A stretch of 64,000 bases of DNA from Strigamia acuminata (lineage: Eukaryota). The notes under the pieces are model-generated. The model was not told the origin of the DNA, did no database searches, and saw only the letters and a program-made list of their open reading frames with translations. The translations under genes were made by a program, and so were the position numbers. The stretch is from assembly GCA_949358305.1 (NCBI GenBank), contig OX442314.1, forward strand, positions 14,074,001 through 14,138,000. Reading direction: 5' to 3'. Shown piece by piece: positions 50,249 to 63,153 of the stretch (the stretch's first letter is position 1; the number at the start of each line of letters is the position of its first letter).

Positions 50249-52468
50249 ATGGCGGCGAGTCTCGTTTTCGTGTTTGTTGCTGCTAGGCAACCGTGGCTGC
50301 CACCTGTTGGCTGAATAGCACCATGATAGCACGTGATTTTTCTTTCGGTATCGATAAAAGCTTCGACCTTTTCCAACGAGGATTTGGTAGGAGTTTCAGA
50401 AGAAATGGACTTCGAATCAATTTTAAAACTAGTAGAAATTGTTTCGGGTGATAGTAAATATCTCGCTTGCTGTTGTTGTCATGTCGTGACATTAACTGCG
50501 AAAGTGTCAGCTTGCGGTCACTTGTTCTGTACCGAATGCATAGACGTTATATTCTCAGACGATGGCAAAGTTACGTGTCCAGTTGATAAACAAGATATAC
50601 TGAAAGAAGATGTAATAATTTAAACGTTTGTTCGTAATTTTTTGTAATCATATTTTTTTTTTGTTTCAAAGTTTGTAGAAAAACCTGACCATAAATTCAG
50701 AGTGATGTGTTTGGTCGTCACGTGCCCTAATAAAAGGAAAGGATGCGATTTTCATGGGAAATTACACGAAATTAAAGTAAATAAATTTTTAAATAAATAA
50801 TAAATGAATAAATAAATAATTTATTTTGTAGTATCATTTGAATTCGTGTGGTGAGACTGCTCGCATCGCTCCTGTTTCGTCTTCTGGTTTATGTCCACAA
50901 GGATGTAAAGCTAAAATGAATGCCAAAGATGTGCCGTTCCATTTGCAGAATGAATGTCCTCATCGACATGTGCTGTGCACTTATTGTAAAACGCCAGTGG
51001 TTTTTTGTCAATTTCAAGTAAGAGTTGGCTGTTTAGTGAAAAATACAAAATATTTGAAAGGATTGCTCAAAAAATAGGAACATTCTGAGGACTGTCTTTA
51101 TTATCCAGTGTCCTGTCAATTCAATTGTGGCTTCACCATTCCTCGTTTTCAAGTAATTTATACGTTTATTTATTTTTTAAGTTAATATAATTAAATTTGT
51201 AATGGTTTAGATGGCGGAACATGCTGAGTCGTGCTCTCTACGTGCCATTAAATGCAAATATTCAGAATTGGGATGTACGTTTCAGGTACCGGTGTACAGA
51301 ATTGGTTAATTACAATGAATTTTTTTTAAAACGTATTTTATTATTTAGGGACATGAACCGTTTTTGAAGCTACACGAACAAAATGCAGAAATTCACTTAG
51401 ATATTCTACTTAATGCTAATTTAAAGTGCAAAATATTAATGGATTGCGCTTTAGCGAAAATGCAAGGGAATATAGAAGTACGATTTTTAATTTAAAATTT
51501 AAATTTTCGATTTTTTTTTATTATTTGGGATTAATTGTTTGAAAAAAAATTTTAGGAATTGAAAAACGAAAATATCATGCTGAAGTCTGCTTTGGACGAT
51601 AGCAACAAAACGATAGCGGCGTTGCAAAGCTTTGCTACTCACATGTTTGAAAAGGTTACAGGGATCCAGGTAATAATTTTTTCGAAGAATATAAACACCC
51701 GGTAGTCTGGTAAAGGACGTTTTGTTTTAATTGCAGAACTTTTTAAAAAAGAGTGATTCCGAATTGAACGAACTAAATGAAACTGAATCAGATTCTACGA
51801 CTGCAATGATGGTACAAATGGGAGAAATTCACATATCGGTCCAAAACATAGATAAAGATTTACAGGCAACGAAAGGTTCGAACATACATTTTTATTTTAA
51901 ACCGAAATGTATTCATTTATTCATTTAATTCTCGCTTATCGCAGCTTCCATGAAGCAATCCCAGCAAGATCAAAGTGCCGAATTGAATACTTTGTTACAA
52001 TCGCGGAAACTTGAGGGAATACCGTCTCGCATCAACGGAGCGTTTGTTTGGCGGCTTAAGGACTTTACCAAACTCCTCGGCGATGCTGGAGAATTTGAAT
52101 CATTTTACAGCGATCCGTTTTACAGCCACGAATTTGGCTACAAAATGAGCCTTATGATGTTTCCTAATGGCGACGGTGCAGCTAAAGGTGGTTATTTATC
52201 AGTTTACACGGTCGCTGTGAAAAGTGAAATGAACGCGACGTTAATTTGGCCTGTGCAATACAATGCCACAATAACGTTGTTGAGTAACGATGCAAACTTG
52301 CACTACAAGAAAACAGGCACGTTTTTAACGGATAGACCTATTGCTGAGTATGGCTCTAAGAATGGTTTTCAGCACTTTATTGAACTGGAGGAAATAAAAG
52401 CGTGGTATTTACATCAAGATTCTCTATTTCTTAAAGTCCAGATTGAGGTTCTGACTAAAAATGTTTGA
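50249..52468 (+). CDS. TRAF-family protein (RING, TRAF zinc fingers, coiled coil, MATH); start codon uncertain
   Basis: RING C..C...CGHLFC..C...CPVD, zinc fingers CPNKRKGC, CPQGC, ECPHRHVLCTYC, and MATH GAFVWRLKDF...FYSDPFY..FGYKM...PNGDG..KG.YLSVY...WP. Confidence 0.88.
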
Positions 52469-53028
52469 GCTAAATCCGTCTTTTTTGTAGCCTTTTGTTG
52501 CCTCTTAACGAGATAAATTATAATGAAAAATTTTAAATGTTTAAATGTAAAAAATAAATAATATATTGTTTTTTTTTTTTTTAATTATAAAATAAAGATT
52601 TATCGATGCATCAGAATAATTCATGATTGTATATTGTGAGTAGGACTTGATTCAAAGATCGGAAATGATTGCGTTTGTAACTTGTGGCGCCCTCTTCCTG
52701 GCAAAGAGCCAAATGAATATCATTACTCCTGAATGCTGATGCAAATTGAACGTCCCTTTTTGTTATGTTTGCAAAAAACTGCTCAAAACATCTGTGCAGG
52801 TGTAAGTTAACGTAGACAATGCTTAAATATTCTCCGGTCAAGAGCCATTATTGGTTGTAGTAAATATCACGTGAACTGCAACATGAAAGTAAATTTATCT
52901 TGATAGTGACTTTATATCGCATCTCACCACTCATAAACAACTTTGAAGCTGGTTCACGTAGATTAAAAATCAGCAACCCTCTAAAGAAGAGTCTAGCAGT
53001 TTATTTAAGCTTTGCGACGACCAATACG

Positions 53029-55042
53029 ATGGCAACTAACGCAAATTCCTCATCTCGTTCAACACGAAAATATGACTTCGTTATTTTTGGAGCAACTGGA
53101 TTTACTGGTCAATACACAATAGAAGAAATGATCCGAGTCCGAACTGCCCAAACATCGAAATTTACGTGGGCAGTGGCAGGTAGAAATGAAAAAAAATTGA
53201 AAGAATCAATTGCTAATGCGTATAAAGCTTTAAGTAAGTTTGACACACATCGAAGTCGTAATTAATTGAATAAATTGATAATTCGTTTCGTGTTTCAGAT
53301 ATAGAGTGCGAAGATGTTCCAACGGTTATTGCCGATGTTAATGATGGTGCATCTCTTGCAGAAATGTGTCGAAATACAAAAATTGTCTTGAATTGTGTAG
53401 GACCTGTACGTTAAAATAGTTTACCGGTAATTTAATCTTGCCGCAAAAATATGAAAATTTTCACTTGTTGCAGTACCGATTTTACGGCGAACCGGTGGTA
53501 AAAGCTTGCGTGGAAAATAAAGCTCATCATATTGATATAAGTGGTGAACCAGGGGTAAATAAAACAACTTTCATACAAAAAAAAAACCGTACTGAATAGT
53601 AATTTTATTTTATTTTTCTTACAGTTTCTTGAAAGAATTCAGCTGGATTACCACCAGCGCGCCAAAGATGCTGGTGTTTACATCTTAGGTTCATGCGGCT
53701 TCGATAGTATTCCCTGCGAAATGGGACTTCAACTTATGCGCCAGAATTTTCCAGGTGATTTAATTACCCTACAAAAATAAATCACAAATTATTCAAATCG
53801 TGGTTAAATTGTAGGTGATATTGCCTTTGTTGAGATGTATGTAAGTGGAACTGCAGGACCAGATGTAAGTTAATTTAATTATTTAATGGTATGTCCATCG
53901 TACAAATGATTTTAAACTTGTTATTTCTAGGGATATTGCCTTAATTATGGGACGTATCTATCCGCAATACACGGCTTTGCTCAAGCAAAGGAACTTGGTT
54001 CGATACGGTCTAAGTTATTACCACAAAGACTTCCAAGAAGTAAATTTGGTCCTCCGAAAAAGGGGATTTTCTTCTATGAAGATACAGTTGATGGATGGTG
54101 CATACCATTGCCAGCAGCTGACAAACCAGTTGCACTTAGGACTATGTACCACGAATACGTCGAACATAAAATAAGACCAGTAATATCGCTTAAATTTTAA
54201 GACTTAGATTAGTAATAATTCTAATAAATATTTGTTTATGTTTACAGTTTCAGTTAAATACTTATTTCCGTGTAGGCACACTTTTCGCAGTTTTAAAAAT
54301 GATCCTGGTGGCGTCCATTTTTGGTATGCTCGCGACATACCGTTTTGGAAGGACACTTCTTGAAAAAGTAGTCTTAAATATTCTTGTTTGATTTTAATTG
54401 TTTTTTTTTAAACTTTACTAATTTTTTTATTTTAGTTTCCACATTTCTTTTCTGGTGGAACTGTTTCTAGGAATGGACCGACAAGGCAACAGGTTTTAAC
54501 AAATTGTCTTCTTTTACTTCTTTGATAAGAATTGATTCAAAATGTTTTTCTGTATACTCTTAGGTGAAAGGTGCAGGGTTTGTGACGACACTTGTAGGAG
54601 TTGGCTACACAAATAAGTTAGAAAATGCAACCGACGATCATAAAATTGCTCCAGATCATAAAATATATGTTAAAGTTAAAGGACCAGGTATAGAACGAGT
54701 TCTAGCATCATTGATGATTATGTTTTAAACTCTAAAACTGTTTTTTAATTTTTAATTTTATTTTTACCAAGAACCCGGGTATATCGCAACGCCAATCTGT
54801 ATGATTCAAGCCGGTCTGGTTTTATTAGAAGAAATTGAGAATGCAGAAGGAAGGTAAGATTGTATATAATTTATATTTTCGTCACGGATTTCTTATTTGT
54901 GATTTGTTTCATTACAATCAGGGGTGGCGTCTACACACCCGGTGTGGCTTTTGCAAATACAACGTTAGTTCAAAGATTGAAAAAAAATGGAATAGATTTT
55001 ATCTGTGGCGCTCCGATTAAAATAAATGAATCAAAATTATGA
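53029..55042 (+). CDS. SCCPDH: saccharopine dehydrogenase-like oxidoreductase, copy 1
   Basis: YDFVIFGATGFTG, WAVAGRN, VLNCVGP|YRFYGEPVV.AC, DISGEP, SCGFDSIP, GP|EPGY.AT, GGVYTPG. Confidence 0.94.
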
Positions 55043-55169
55043 AACACATTAACTATTTCTATTTTTTGAATCATTACATTATATTCAATAAATATAAATT
55101 TGAATTTGCAAAATGAATATTTGTACTTGTAATTATTATCTCGGGATTTAATTAATTAGTTATTTTCTA

Positions 55170-55971
55170 TGAATAAATGAATAAATTTGAATTAATAGAA
55201 GAGAACGTGGCAGCATAGATATCTATGGTGGCAGATTGAACATTTCTACCATACTAGTAATTCTTGACGCTTCGATGTTTATTACAGTATTAACAATAGA
55301 AACAAGCTCAGGTTCTCCACCGATTACTTGGTTTAAACCCTGTGAATCAGATTATTACTTCTGGAGAGTGGCTACATTTCTCCTGAGCATGTGGTTAATA
55401 TTCGTCTCCCTCGTTACGATTAGTGTGGATTTTTTTCTGGTGTGCACCAATTCGAGCAACAGTAGCCTCGACGTCGCAACGACAGCGACGAGCATAAAGT
55501 AGTAGACGACGGACGCGCTTCAAAGCACTGACGTTGAGGTTGTCGTTGGTTTCAACGAGTTCGGGTTTGCGATATCGGCAGAATTCGATAACTCCAGTAA
55601 CTTCATTTAGTTTAGTAGGAGGGGTGACGGGATTGTGCGAATCATTCGGTGAACATGAATTGTCAGTTACGTATTCGGTAAGTGACAAGTCTTCGGGGAT
55701 CTGTGTTCCATACCATTACAACAATAATAAATTGATTAGAAACCAAACGCCTTATACAATCCGTAGTGAATACGTTTGCGGGTCTGGCGCCGCCATGTTG
55801 GCTTCAGTTGAGAGAGCAGAAAATCATGGTTTGGGGTGATTGGGTGATTAGTTGCTTAGTTGCTTATTTGATAAAATGATTATTCTTGGGATTGGTTGAA
55901 TCCAGTCACATGACACATCAATTAATCGAATAATCAAAGTAATCAACTAATCGCTCATTTAATGAAACCCC
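55170..55971 (-). mobile_element. possible PIF/Harbinger-like element end with a decayed ORF
   Basis: The minus strand starts taa-GGGGTTTCATTAAAT, continues with GATTA/TAATC subterminal repeats, then ATGGCGGCG and a broken reading frame. No second TIR was seen. Confidence 0.3.
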
Positions 55972-56949
55972 TTAATATTTAAAATTTGCTGAACACTAAC
56001 AAAGGTGTCTTTTATCAAATCATAACAAATCATTTATTAATACTAATTTATCAGGCTAATAACAAGATAATTAGGTATGACAAGCCCTTAACTATGGGCT
56101 ACATCTGATGAGCTAATCAGATGACAATATAAGTGAACACAGCTTGACTAACTCATGACAGGTACTTGCAAGTACAATATAATGGCTGATATGGGATGTG
56201 TGGAAGCACACTATTAGTTACGCTTTTCTTGGCTGTGCAGCAGTTTAAGAGTCCACTCAAAACAAGCAATTTGGTTCGTCATACATGCCTCAGAGGGAAG
56301 CGGTTCTGTCACTACAATGCTCTGGATCATGTCAGATCTAAGGCGGCTAAATCAATTATTTATTAAATGGTATGGAAAGTGGTTTCAAGATTCCCTGTTA
56401 ACTAGGATGGACTTGAAACAAAAGATAGAAACTGAGAACGCACATTTCTCAGTGGGTGAAATTTGGGTTTACAGACCCGGAAATGGCTATTACTATTAGT
56501 CTGGCCATAAGACATTGAATTGAATACACTGGTAAAGCGGCAGATAGATTGACCAATTCCATACCAAGTGAGTTGACTATGAAGGCAAGTATGGCGAGCA
56601 GACTGTTTTAAACTGGCGGAAGACGTGCCAGCTTAACATTTAGATCAACAATGAAAGGGGCGCGCCAAGCGCCATTCTGCCATCTTGGTAGCATTGATGG
56701 GGTCACCCATTTACTCAATGTTCAAATGGCTATCGAGTAACAACCAGTGTCTTGATATCCAAGGTGGACAAACTGACAAGCGTCATGCAAGCAAAATAGT
56801 AGGGAAAGAAATGAATGGCTATCAGCCAGAACGCAACATGGCTCTTAGAGCCCCATCACGACCATTCGACGTGGTTTAGGTGTGGTTGAGTTTGTATTGA
56901 GTGCCCCCAATACAAAATGGCTAACAAATGCCCAAAAGAGTAAATGTGA

Positions 56950-57640
56950 AAATGGCTTACCCAAATATTTAGGTTCCATACTAACCGACATTGACTCTAG
57001 TTCAAAAGGGTCCGAAGTTGCAATGTCGCGGTGAATCAACAAAACCCGGGGGGTGAAAAATGTATATGGGATTCCTGATTACCAAAGATTCCCACTGATT
57101 CCTACTGATTCTGAGGGGTACGACATAGGTGAAAAATGTGTATGGGATTCCTGATTCCCAAAGATTTCCACAGATTCCCACAGATTCCAATCTCGGGAAT
57201 CCTTGCGAATCTAGTGAAATCTCGCAAAATCTCGCGAGAACTCGTAAAATCTCACAAGATTATAGCCAAATTCCGAGATTCCAGAGATTCCGAGATTCCA
57301 GAGATTCCGAGATTCCCTAGTGGGTGTACGGGATTCCACCCTCGACAAAACCACTTTTTACACCTCCATTGTCAATCTGCTCTCCTGTGGAACTTAACCA
57401 CTCAAGAGAGCTTTACATCTTACCAGTAATTTAATACCATGCAGGTTTGGATGTTGCAAGCAAAGCAGCCAACTGTGCAGATTAGTGCGTCAAATATTTG
57501 ACGCACAAGAATAAAATCAACCGAGAAGGTATCAAATAAACATGTTTATCATAGGTCAAAAGGCAAAAATCTTTGTGTCTAGCTCTGCACAGACCTTGAA
57601 TACTCAAAATGATGCCTCATTGGTGCACATCAATGAGCTG
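56950..57640 (+). mobile_element. possible very old RTE-type LINE relic, interrupted by a younger repeat
   Basis: Degenerate peptides KYLGSILT...EV...INK, TLDKTTFYTSIV and EKVSNKHVYHR occur in the order expected for an RTE RT C-terminus. Confidence 0.3.
57047..57325. repeat. GATTCC/GAGATTCC-rich repeat (MITE-like), with an internal duplication of GGTGAAAAATGT.TATGGGATTCCTGATT
   Basis: Visible short tandem GATTCC units and 17-bp CGAGATTCCAGAGATTC repeats. Confidence 0.7.
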
Positions 57641-58010
57641 TTGGTGAACCTAAGAACCAACACAAAATACATGTAAAGGAGAGAGGGAATGCACACCCCT
57701 CTGTTTATAGGACAGACGAAGTGCTTCCCTCGACTCACTCGGGTGGGTACTTACTTATACTTTCAGATTCTCGGTCATTTCAAAATCTCGTATTTCCGAG
57801 ACGAGATGCACTCGTCCCGAGACGAGATCTCGTACGAGACCGAGATCAAAAACGAGATTTTATCCAAAAAGTTCAAAATTGATCAAAAACACATTTTTAC
57901 GCGATTTTAATCAATTTTCGACATTTCTTAGGACGTTTTAAATTATTTTTGATGTTTTTTAGCACGGTTTTGTTTATATTTTATTGTTTTTACCACGATT
58001 TTAATCTTTT

Positions 58011-58701
58011 TTGATCGTACAATTGCAGCCGAGCTTCGGTCGCATTAGATGGAACAAATGCGGCCGAAAATCGGCTGCATTTGATCGTACAATTGCAGCC
58101 GAGCTTCGGCCGCATTAGATGGAACAAATGCGGCCGAAAATCGGCTGCATTTGATCGTACAATTGCAGCCGAGCTTCGGCCGCATTAGATGGAACAAATG
58201 CGGGCGAAAATCGGCTGCATTTGATCGTACAATTGCAGTCGACCTTCGGCCGCATTAAATGGAACAAATGCGGGCGAAAATCGGCTGCATTTGATCGTAC
58301 AATTGCAGCCGAGCTTCGGCCGCATTAGATGGAACAAATGCGGGCGAAAATCGGCTGCATTTGATCGTACAATTGCAGCCGAGCTTCGGCCGCATTAGAT
58401 GGAACAAATGCGGGCGAAAATCGGCTGCATTTGATCGTACAATTGCAGTCGACCTTCGGCCGCATTAAATGGAACAAATGCGGGCGAAAATCGGCTGCAT
58501 TTGATCGTACAATTGCAGCCGAGCTTCGGCCGCATTAGATGGAACAAATGCGGGCGAAAATCGGCTGCATTTGATCGTACAATTGCAGCCGAGCTTCGGC
58601 CGCATTAGATGGAACAAATGCGGGCGAAAATCGGCTGCATTTGATCGTACAACTGCAGCCGAGCTTCGGCTGCATTAGATGGAACAAATGCGGGCGAAAA
58701 T
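58011..58701. repeat. tandem array, about 10 x 70 bp (each unit two related 35-bp palindromes)
   Basis: Units start at 58011, 58081, ... 58641, all beginning TTGATCGTAC. Confidence 0.97.
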
Positions 58702-58722
58702 AGTGCTAAAAACGTAACAATG

Positions 58723-58833
58723 CCGTTTTGGCCCGTTCAAAACCAATCAAAACCGTTTTGGCCCGTTCAAAACCAATCAAAACCGTTTTGACTCGTTCAA
58801 AACCAATCAAAACCGTTTTGATTGGTTTTGAAC
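58723..58833. repeat. 3 x 30-bp tandem repeat ending in a perfect inverted repeat
   Basis: CCGTTTTGGCCCGTTCAAAACCAATCAAAA x3, then GTTCAAAACCAATCAAAA-CCG-TTTTGATTGGTTTTGAAC. Confidence 0.9.
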
Positions 58834-59586
58834 TTTTGTACGTATCTCGTACGTATCTCGGGACGAAATCTCGGTGTAACGAGACCAAGATTTCCCAAAA
58901 AAAAAGCCCGAGATCCTGAGATCCCGAGATCTGAAAGTATAGTACTTACTGTAAGGTCAGTTGGTGTTGATCAACACACCGACTTTTATAGAGTAAGAAA
59001 AGGGTTGGGCTGCTTGACAATGCAGACCAACATGGCGCTCATCTGGGCGCCCCGTTATTAAAGCTTAAGCTATCTTACGGCCATGGGTTTATTACAACCA
59101 TTTATATGCTTAGGAGGTCAATGACTACAAGATAAATAAAAATTACCTTTGTTTATTAGTAAACAAACCTCGGTATTTAATATCATCACAGGGTCAGACA
59201 CGATCGGGACGTGATTGAGTTGTTAACTTGTAGCGCCCTCATCCCGGCATAGAGACAACTCAAAATCATTCCTCCTTGTACAACTTTTTTGTCACAGTAT
59301 GTTTGCAACTGTACCGTATACTTAAAACATCTATACAGGTGTAAGTTAACGTAGACAATGATTACAATTCTATGATCAAGACCCATTCGGTTTTGACATA
59401 CAGCACGAGAGATGGATGCAATGAGAGCTGCACTGAGAGTAAATTTATCTTGATATTTATCTGACCTCTGCTTCTCGCATCTCGTCACTCCTCAGCAATT
59501 CTGCAGCGGGTTCGCGTAGTTTAAAATTTAACAACTCTTTAATACAAAATATAGCAGTTTATTTACGCATTGCGTCGGCAAATACG

Positions 59587-61588
59587 ATGGCAACTAACGC
59601 AAATTCCTCATCTCGTCCTACACGAAAATATGACTTCGTTATTTTTGGGGCAACTGGATTTACTGGCCAATACACAATAGAAGAAATGATCCGGGTCCAC
59701 ACTGCCCAAACATCGAAATTTACGTGGGCAGTGGCAGGTAGAAATGAAAAGAAATTGAAAGAATCAATTGCTAATGCGTATAAAGCTTTAAGTAAGTTTG
59801 ACACACATCTAAGTCATAATTAATTGAATAAACCGATAATTCGTATCGTGTTTCAGATATAGATATATACGAAGATGTTCCAATGGTCATTGCAGATGTG
59901 AATGATAATATATCTCTTGCAGACATGTGTCGAAATACAAAAATTGTTTTGAATTGCGTAGGACCTGTACGTTAAAATAGTATAATTATTAATCCTGTCC
60001 CAAAAAAAATTAAATTTTAACTCGTCTCAGTACCGATTTTATGGCGAACCGGTGGTAAAAGCGTGCGTGGAAAATAAAGCTCATCATATTGATATATGTG
60101 GTGAACCAGCGGTAAATAAAATAACTTTGATACTAAAAAAAAAACCGCAATGAATAGTAACTTTATTTATTTTTTGTTACAGTTTCTTGAAAGAATTCAG
60201 CTGGATTACCACCAGCGCGCTAAAGATGCTGGTGTTTACGTAATCGGTTCATGCGGCTATGACAGTATTCCCTGCGAAATGGGACTTCAACTTATTCGTC
60301 AGAATTTTCCTGGTGATTTAGTTACCGTATTAAAACAAATTACAAATTAAACAAATCGTCGGTCAATTGTAGGTGACATCGCGTATGTTGAAATGTATAT
60401 AAGTGTAACTACAGGACCAGATGTAAGTTAATTTAATTACAACTACATTGTAGTGGCGTATGATATGCTTAAAGTTGATATTCTAGGGTTTCTGCGGTAA
60501 TTATGGAACGTATGTATCCCTAATAGAAAGCTTCGGTTTTGTGAAAGAACTTGGTTTGCTACGGTCGAAATTATTACCACAAAGACTTCCCAGAAGTAAA
60601 TTTGGTCCTCCAAAAAAGGGGATTTTTTTCTATGAAGAAACAGTTGATGGATGGTGTATACCATTGCCATCAGCTGACAAATCAATTGCTCTTAGGACTA
60701 TGTACCACGAATACGTCGAACACAAAACAAGACCAGTAATATCGATAATACGTTTAATTTCTAATGACTTAATTAGTATCTGAATATTGTTTTTATTTGG
60801 GCAGTTTCAATTTCGTACTTATGTTTGTGTATGGACACTTTATACAGCTTTAAAAATTATACTGGTGACGTCCGTTGAAATAATGCTCGCAACATTCCAT
60901 TTGGGAAGGACACTTCTGAAAAAAGTAGTTTTACATATGCTAATTTTATTTTAAGTTTTTTTTTTTTTTTTAATTTACTAGTTTTTTTAATTTTGTAGTT
61001 TCCAGAATTTTTTTCTCTTGGACTATTTTCTAGGAATGGACCAACTAGACAACAGGTTTGATCAAATTGTCTATTTTCACTTATTGGATAAGAATTGCTT
61101 CAAAATGGTTTTGTGTTAGGTGAAAGATATGTCGTTTGTGATGACACTTATAGGAGTTGGATACAAAAATAAGTTAGAAATTGCAACCGACGATCATAAA
61201 ATTGCTCCAGATCATAAAATATATGTTAAAGTTAAAGGACCAGGTATAGAACGAGTGCTATCGTCATTGATTAGGTTTTAAACTCTAAAACTGTTTTATT
61301 TTGTATTTTTTTTTTACCAAGACCCTGGGTATATCGTAACACCAATCTGTATGATTCAAGCCGGTCTGGTTTTATTGGAAGAAATTGAGAATGCAGAAGG
61401 AAAGTATGTTTGTATAATTCCATTTTCACATATGATTTCTCATTTGTGTTTTGTTCATCACAATCAGAGGCGGCGTCTACACACCTGGTGTGGCTTTTGC
61501 AAATACAACGTTAGTTCAAAGATTGAAAACAAATGGAATAGATTTTATCTGTGGCGCTCCGATTAAAATAAATGGATCAAAATTATGA
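59587..61588 (+). CDS. SCCPDH: saccharopine dehydrogenase-like oxidoreductase, copy 2 (tandem duplicate, apparently intact)
   Basis: Same exon structure as copy 1. The junctions checked stay in frame to a TGA at 61586-61588. Confidence 0.9.
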
Positions 61589-61854
61589 AACACAATAAAA
61601 TTCCTATTTTTAAATCATTTATAATTAATATTTGATGAATAAATATGAAATAATTGAAAGGAATTGTATATTGTACATTTGTAAGTTGTAATTATTAGCT
61701 ACTATATCCCAAAATTCGCTCATAGATATCGCCACGAACGGATACGTAAGTGGAATTTGTTGCTCGCTGGTTCAATTTGGTTTGTTTATAAGTTGTAACA
61801 GGCCTTGTCGGTTGTATTTTTTCCTCTCGTGACACTTTGACTGTGGACAGGGCA

Positions 61855-62007
61855 ATGTCAGAAACATTTAAATCCGACGTAACACTTCGATATGACTTTG
61901 TCATATACGGAGCGTCTGGTTTTTCCGGCCAGTTCTGTGTGGAAGAAATGATCAAAAATGCAGAAAAGTCCAAAGTCCAAATTACGATAAGTTGGCGGAA
62001 GTTATAA
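61855..62007 (+). pseudogene. truncated third SCCPDH paralog (start of exon 1 only)
   Basis: MSETFKSDVTLRYDFVIYGASGFSGQFCVEEMIKNAEKSK; similarity stops before the WAVAGR motif and a stop codon follows. Confidence 0.8.
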
Positions 62008-62480
62008 CAAGTAAACCAAAAAAACTACGTTTTTGAAAAAGGCTTTTATGCTGTATCCCTGAGAAATTTGAATCCAAATGACAAATCGTTTTTTAGCAAA
62101 TAAAAAAAAAATGTAGCTTAGATCAAAAAGTTATTAGCACCATTTGAAAGAGCGGCAAATTCTGCACAGGAAACATATTTTTAATTTTTTAAACCGTTCA
62201 TTTTTCATATTTTTTGTTTTTATGGTCAAATTCAAATTTCGTACTAAATTGACCATGCGGTCGCCGGCTACGATCGCCAAATTCGTACTTTTTTTTTACC
62301 GAATCGAAAAAAAAAATACAGGCTTGTGCAGAATGCAATTTCCAATCAAATGAGCGTGGTTTCAGGATTTTTAAATCCTTTTTTAGTGCCGAAAACATCA
62401 AAATTCGTATCGGGCGAACATTATGGCATCCATTAAAAAACACGGGTTCCGCCAGGTGGCGCCCCGGTGTGCTCACAGTG
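61990..62480. mobile_element. possible Transib-like non-autonomous element remnant
   Basis: Ends in ...GGCGCCCCGGTGTGCTCACAGTG, an RSS-heptamer-like terminus. It begins where SCCPDH similarity is lost. The left end was not found. Confidence 0.4.
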
Positions 62481-62489
62481 GCGAGGAGG

Positions 62490-62712
62490 AATATTTTCGA
62501 CCCGGATTCTTTGCGACCGGGATTCTTTTCGACTCGAGGTAAAGTGCGCTTTTTTTCGACTGGGATTATTTTCGACCAGGAAAATTTTCGACCAGGAAAA
62601 TTTTCGACTAGGAATTTTTTCGACTCAAACAGGATAATTTTCGACCAGGAAAATTTTCGACCAGGATTCATCTCGACCAGGATTTTTTTCGACCGGACAT
62701 TTTTCGACTTCA
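62490..62712. repeat. TTTTCGACCAGGA-type 14-15 bp tandem repeats (MITE subterminal-like)
   Basis: About a dozen copies of TTTTCGAC are directly visible. Confidence 0.85.
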
Positions 62713-62967
62713 CCAATGGTTGGGGGTTTATATACCCCAAATAATGTCACGCATTATATAACTGACGATGTCAGTATACAATACGTGACAATGACACGTA
62801 TTGCATACATGACAGGAGTAATGTGTATTGTTCAATCCAACACTATATTTTTTAATGGAAATTGCTGGAATTGTGTTTCTTGAATAAGCATTTTTTAGAA
62901 GCAAATAATCTACTTTTGCAGCCTTCTTTATAGCATTTACTCACTAAAAGTTTATTTCTAATTGCAG

Positions 62968-63153
62968 ATTGTATTGTGCAATCCGATCTGTTTAATCGGT
63001 TACACTATCGCATCATGGAATTTCTTTAACGAGCGGATACACGAAGAAGAATTCATTCTTTTAAATTTTTTTGGTCAAGATTACGTGAAATATCAGAAGA
63101 ACGTGCCTACTGGATTATCTTTTATATCGGGATTCAGGGTAGAGTACCAATAA
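62968..63153 (+). pseudogene. ICMT: last exon of isoprenylcysteine carboxyl methyltransferase; upstream exons not found in the window
   Basis: ttgcag|IVLCNPICLIGYTIASWNFFNERIHEEEFILLNFFGQDYVKYQKNVPTGL matches the ICMT C-terminus. Functional status is unknown. Confidence 0.75.

Larger units (their letters stand above)
57756..58941. mobile_element. non-autonomous TIR DNA transposon (1186 bp) with 9-bp TSD GTACTTACT (Mutator-like TSD length)
   Basis: TIRs TATACTTTCAGAT(T)CTCGG / CCGAGATCTGAAAGTATA, with GTACTTACT at 57747-57755 and 58942-58950, and CGAGAT/ATCTCG subterminal motifs. Confidence 0.88.

Noticed and set aside
58011..58701. CRISPR-like array of palindromic repeats
   Set aside because: There are no unique spacers and no cas genes, the context is eukaryotic, and the array lies inside a TIR element; it is a tandem satellite.
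62198..62744. 180-aa and 91-aa ORFs with repeated peptides
   Set aside because: They are translations of the TTTTCGACCAGG tandem repeat. The same applies to the ORFs at 57129-57429 and 58706-58919, which translate other repeats.
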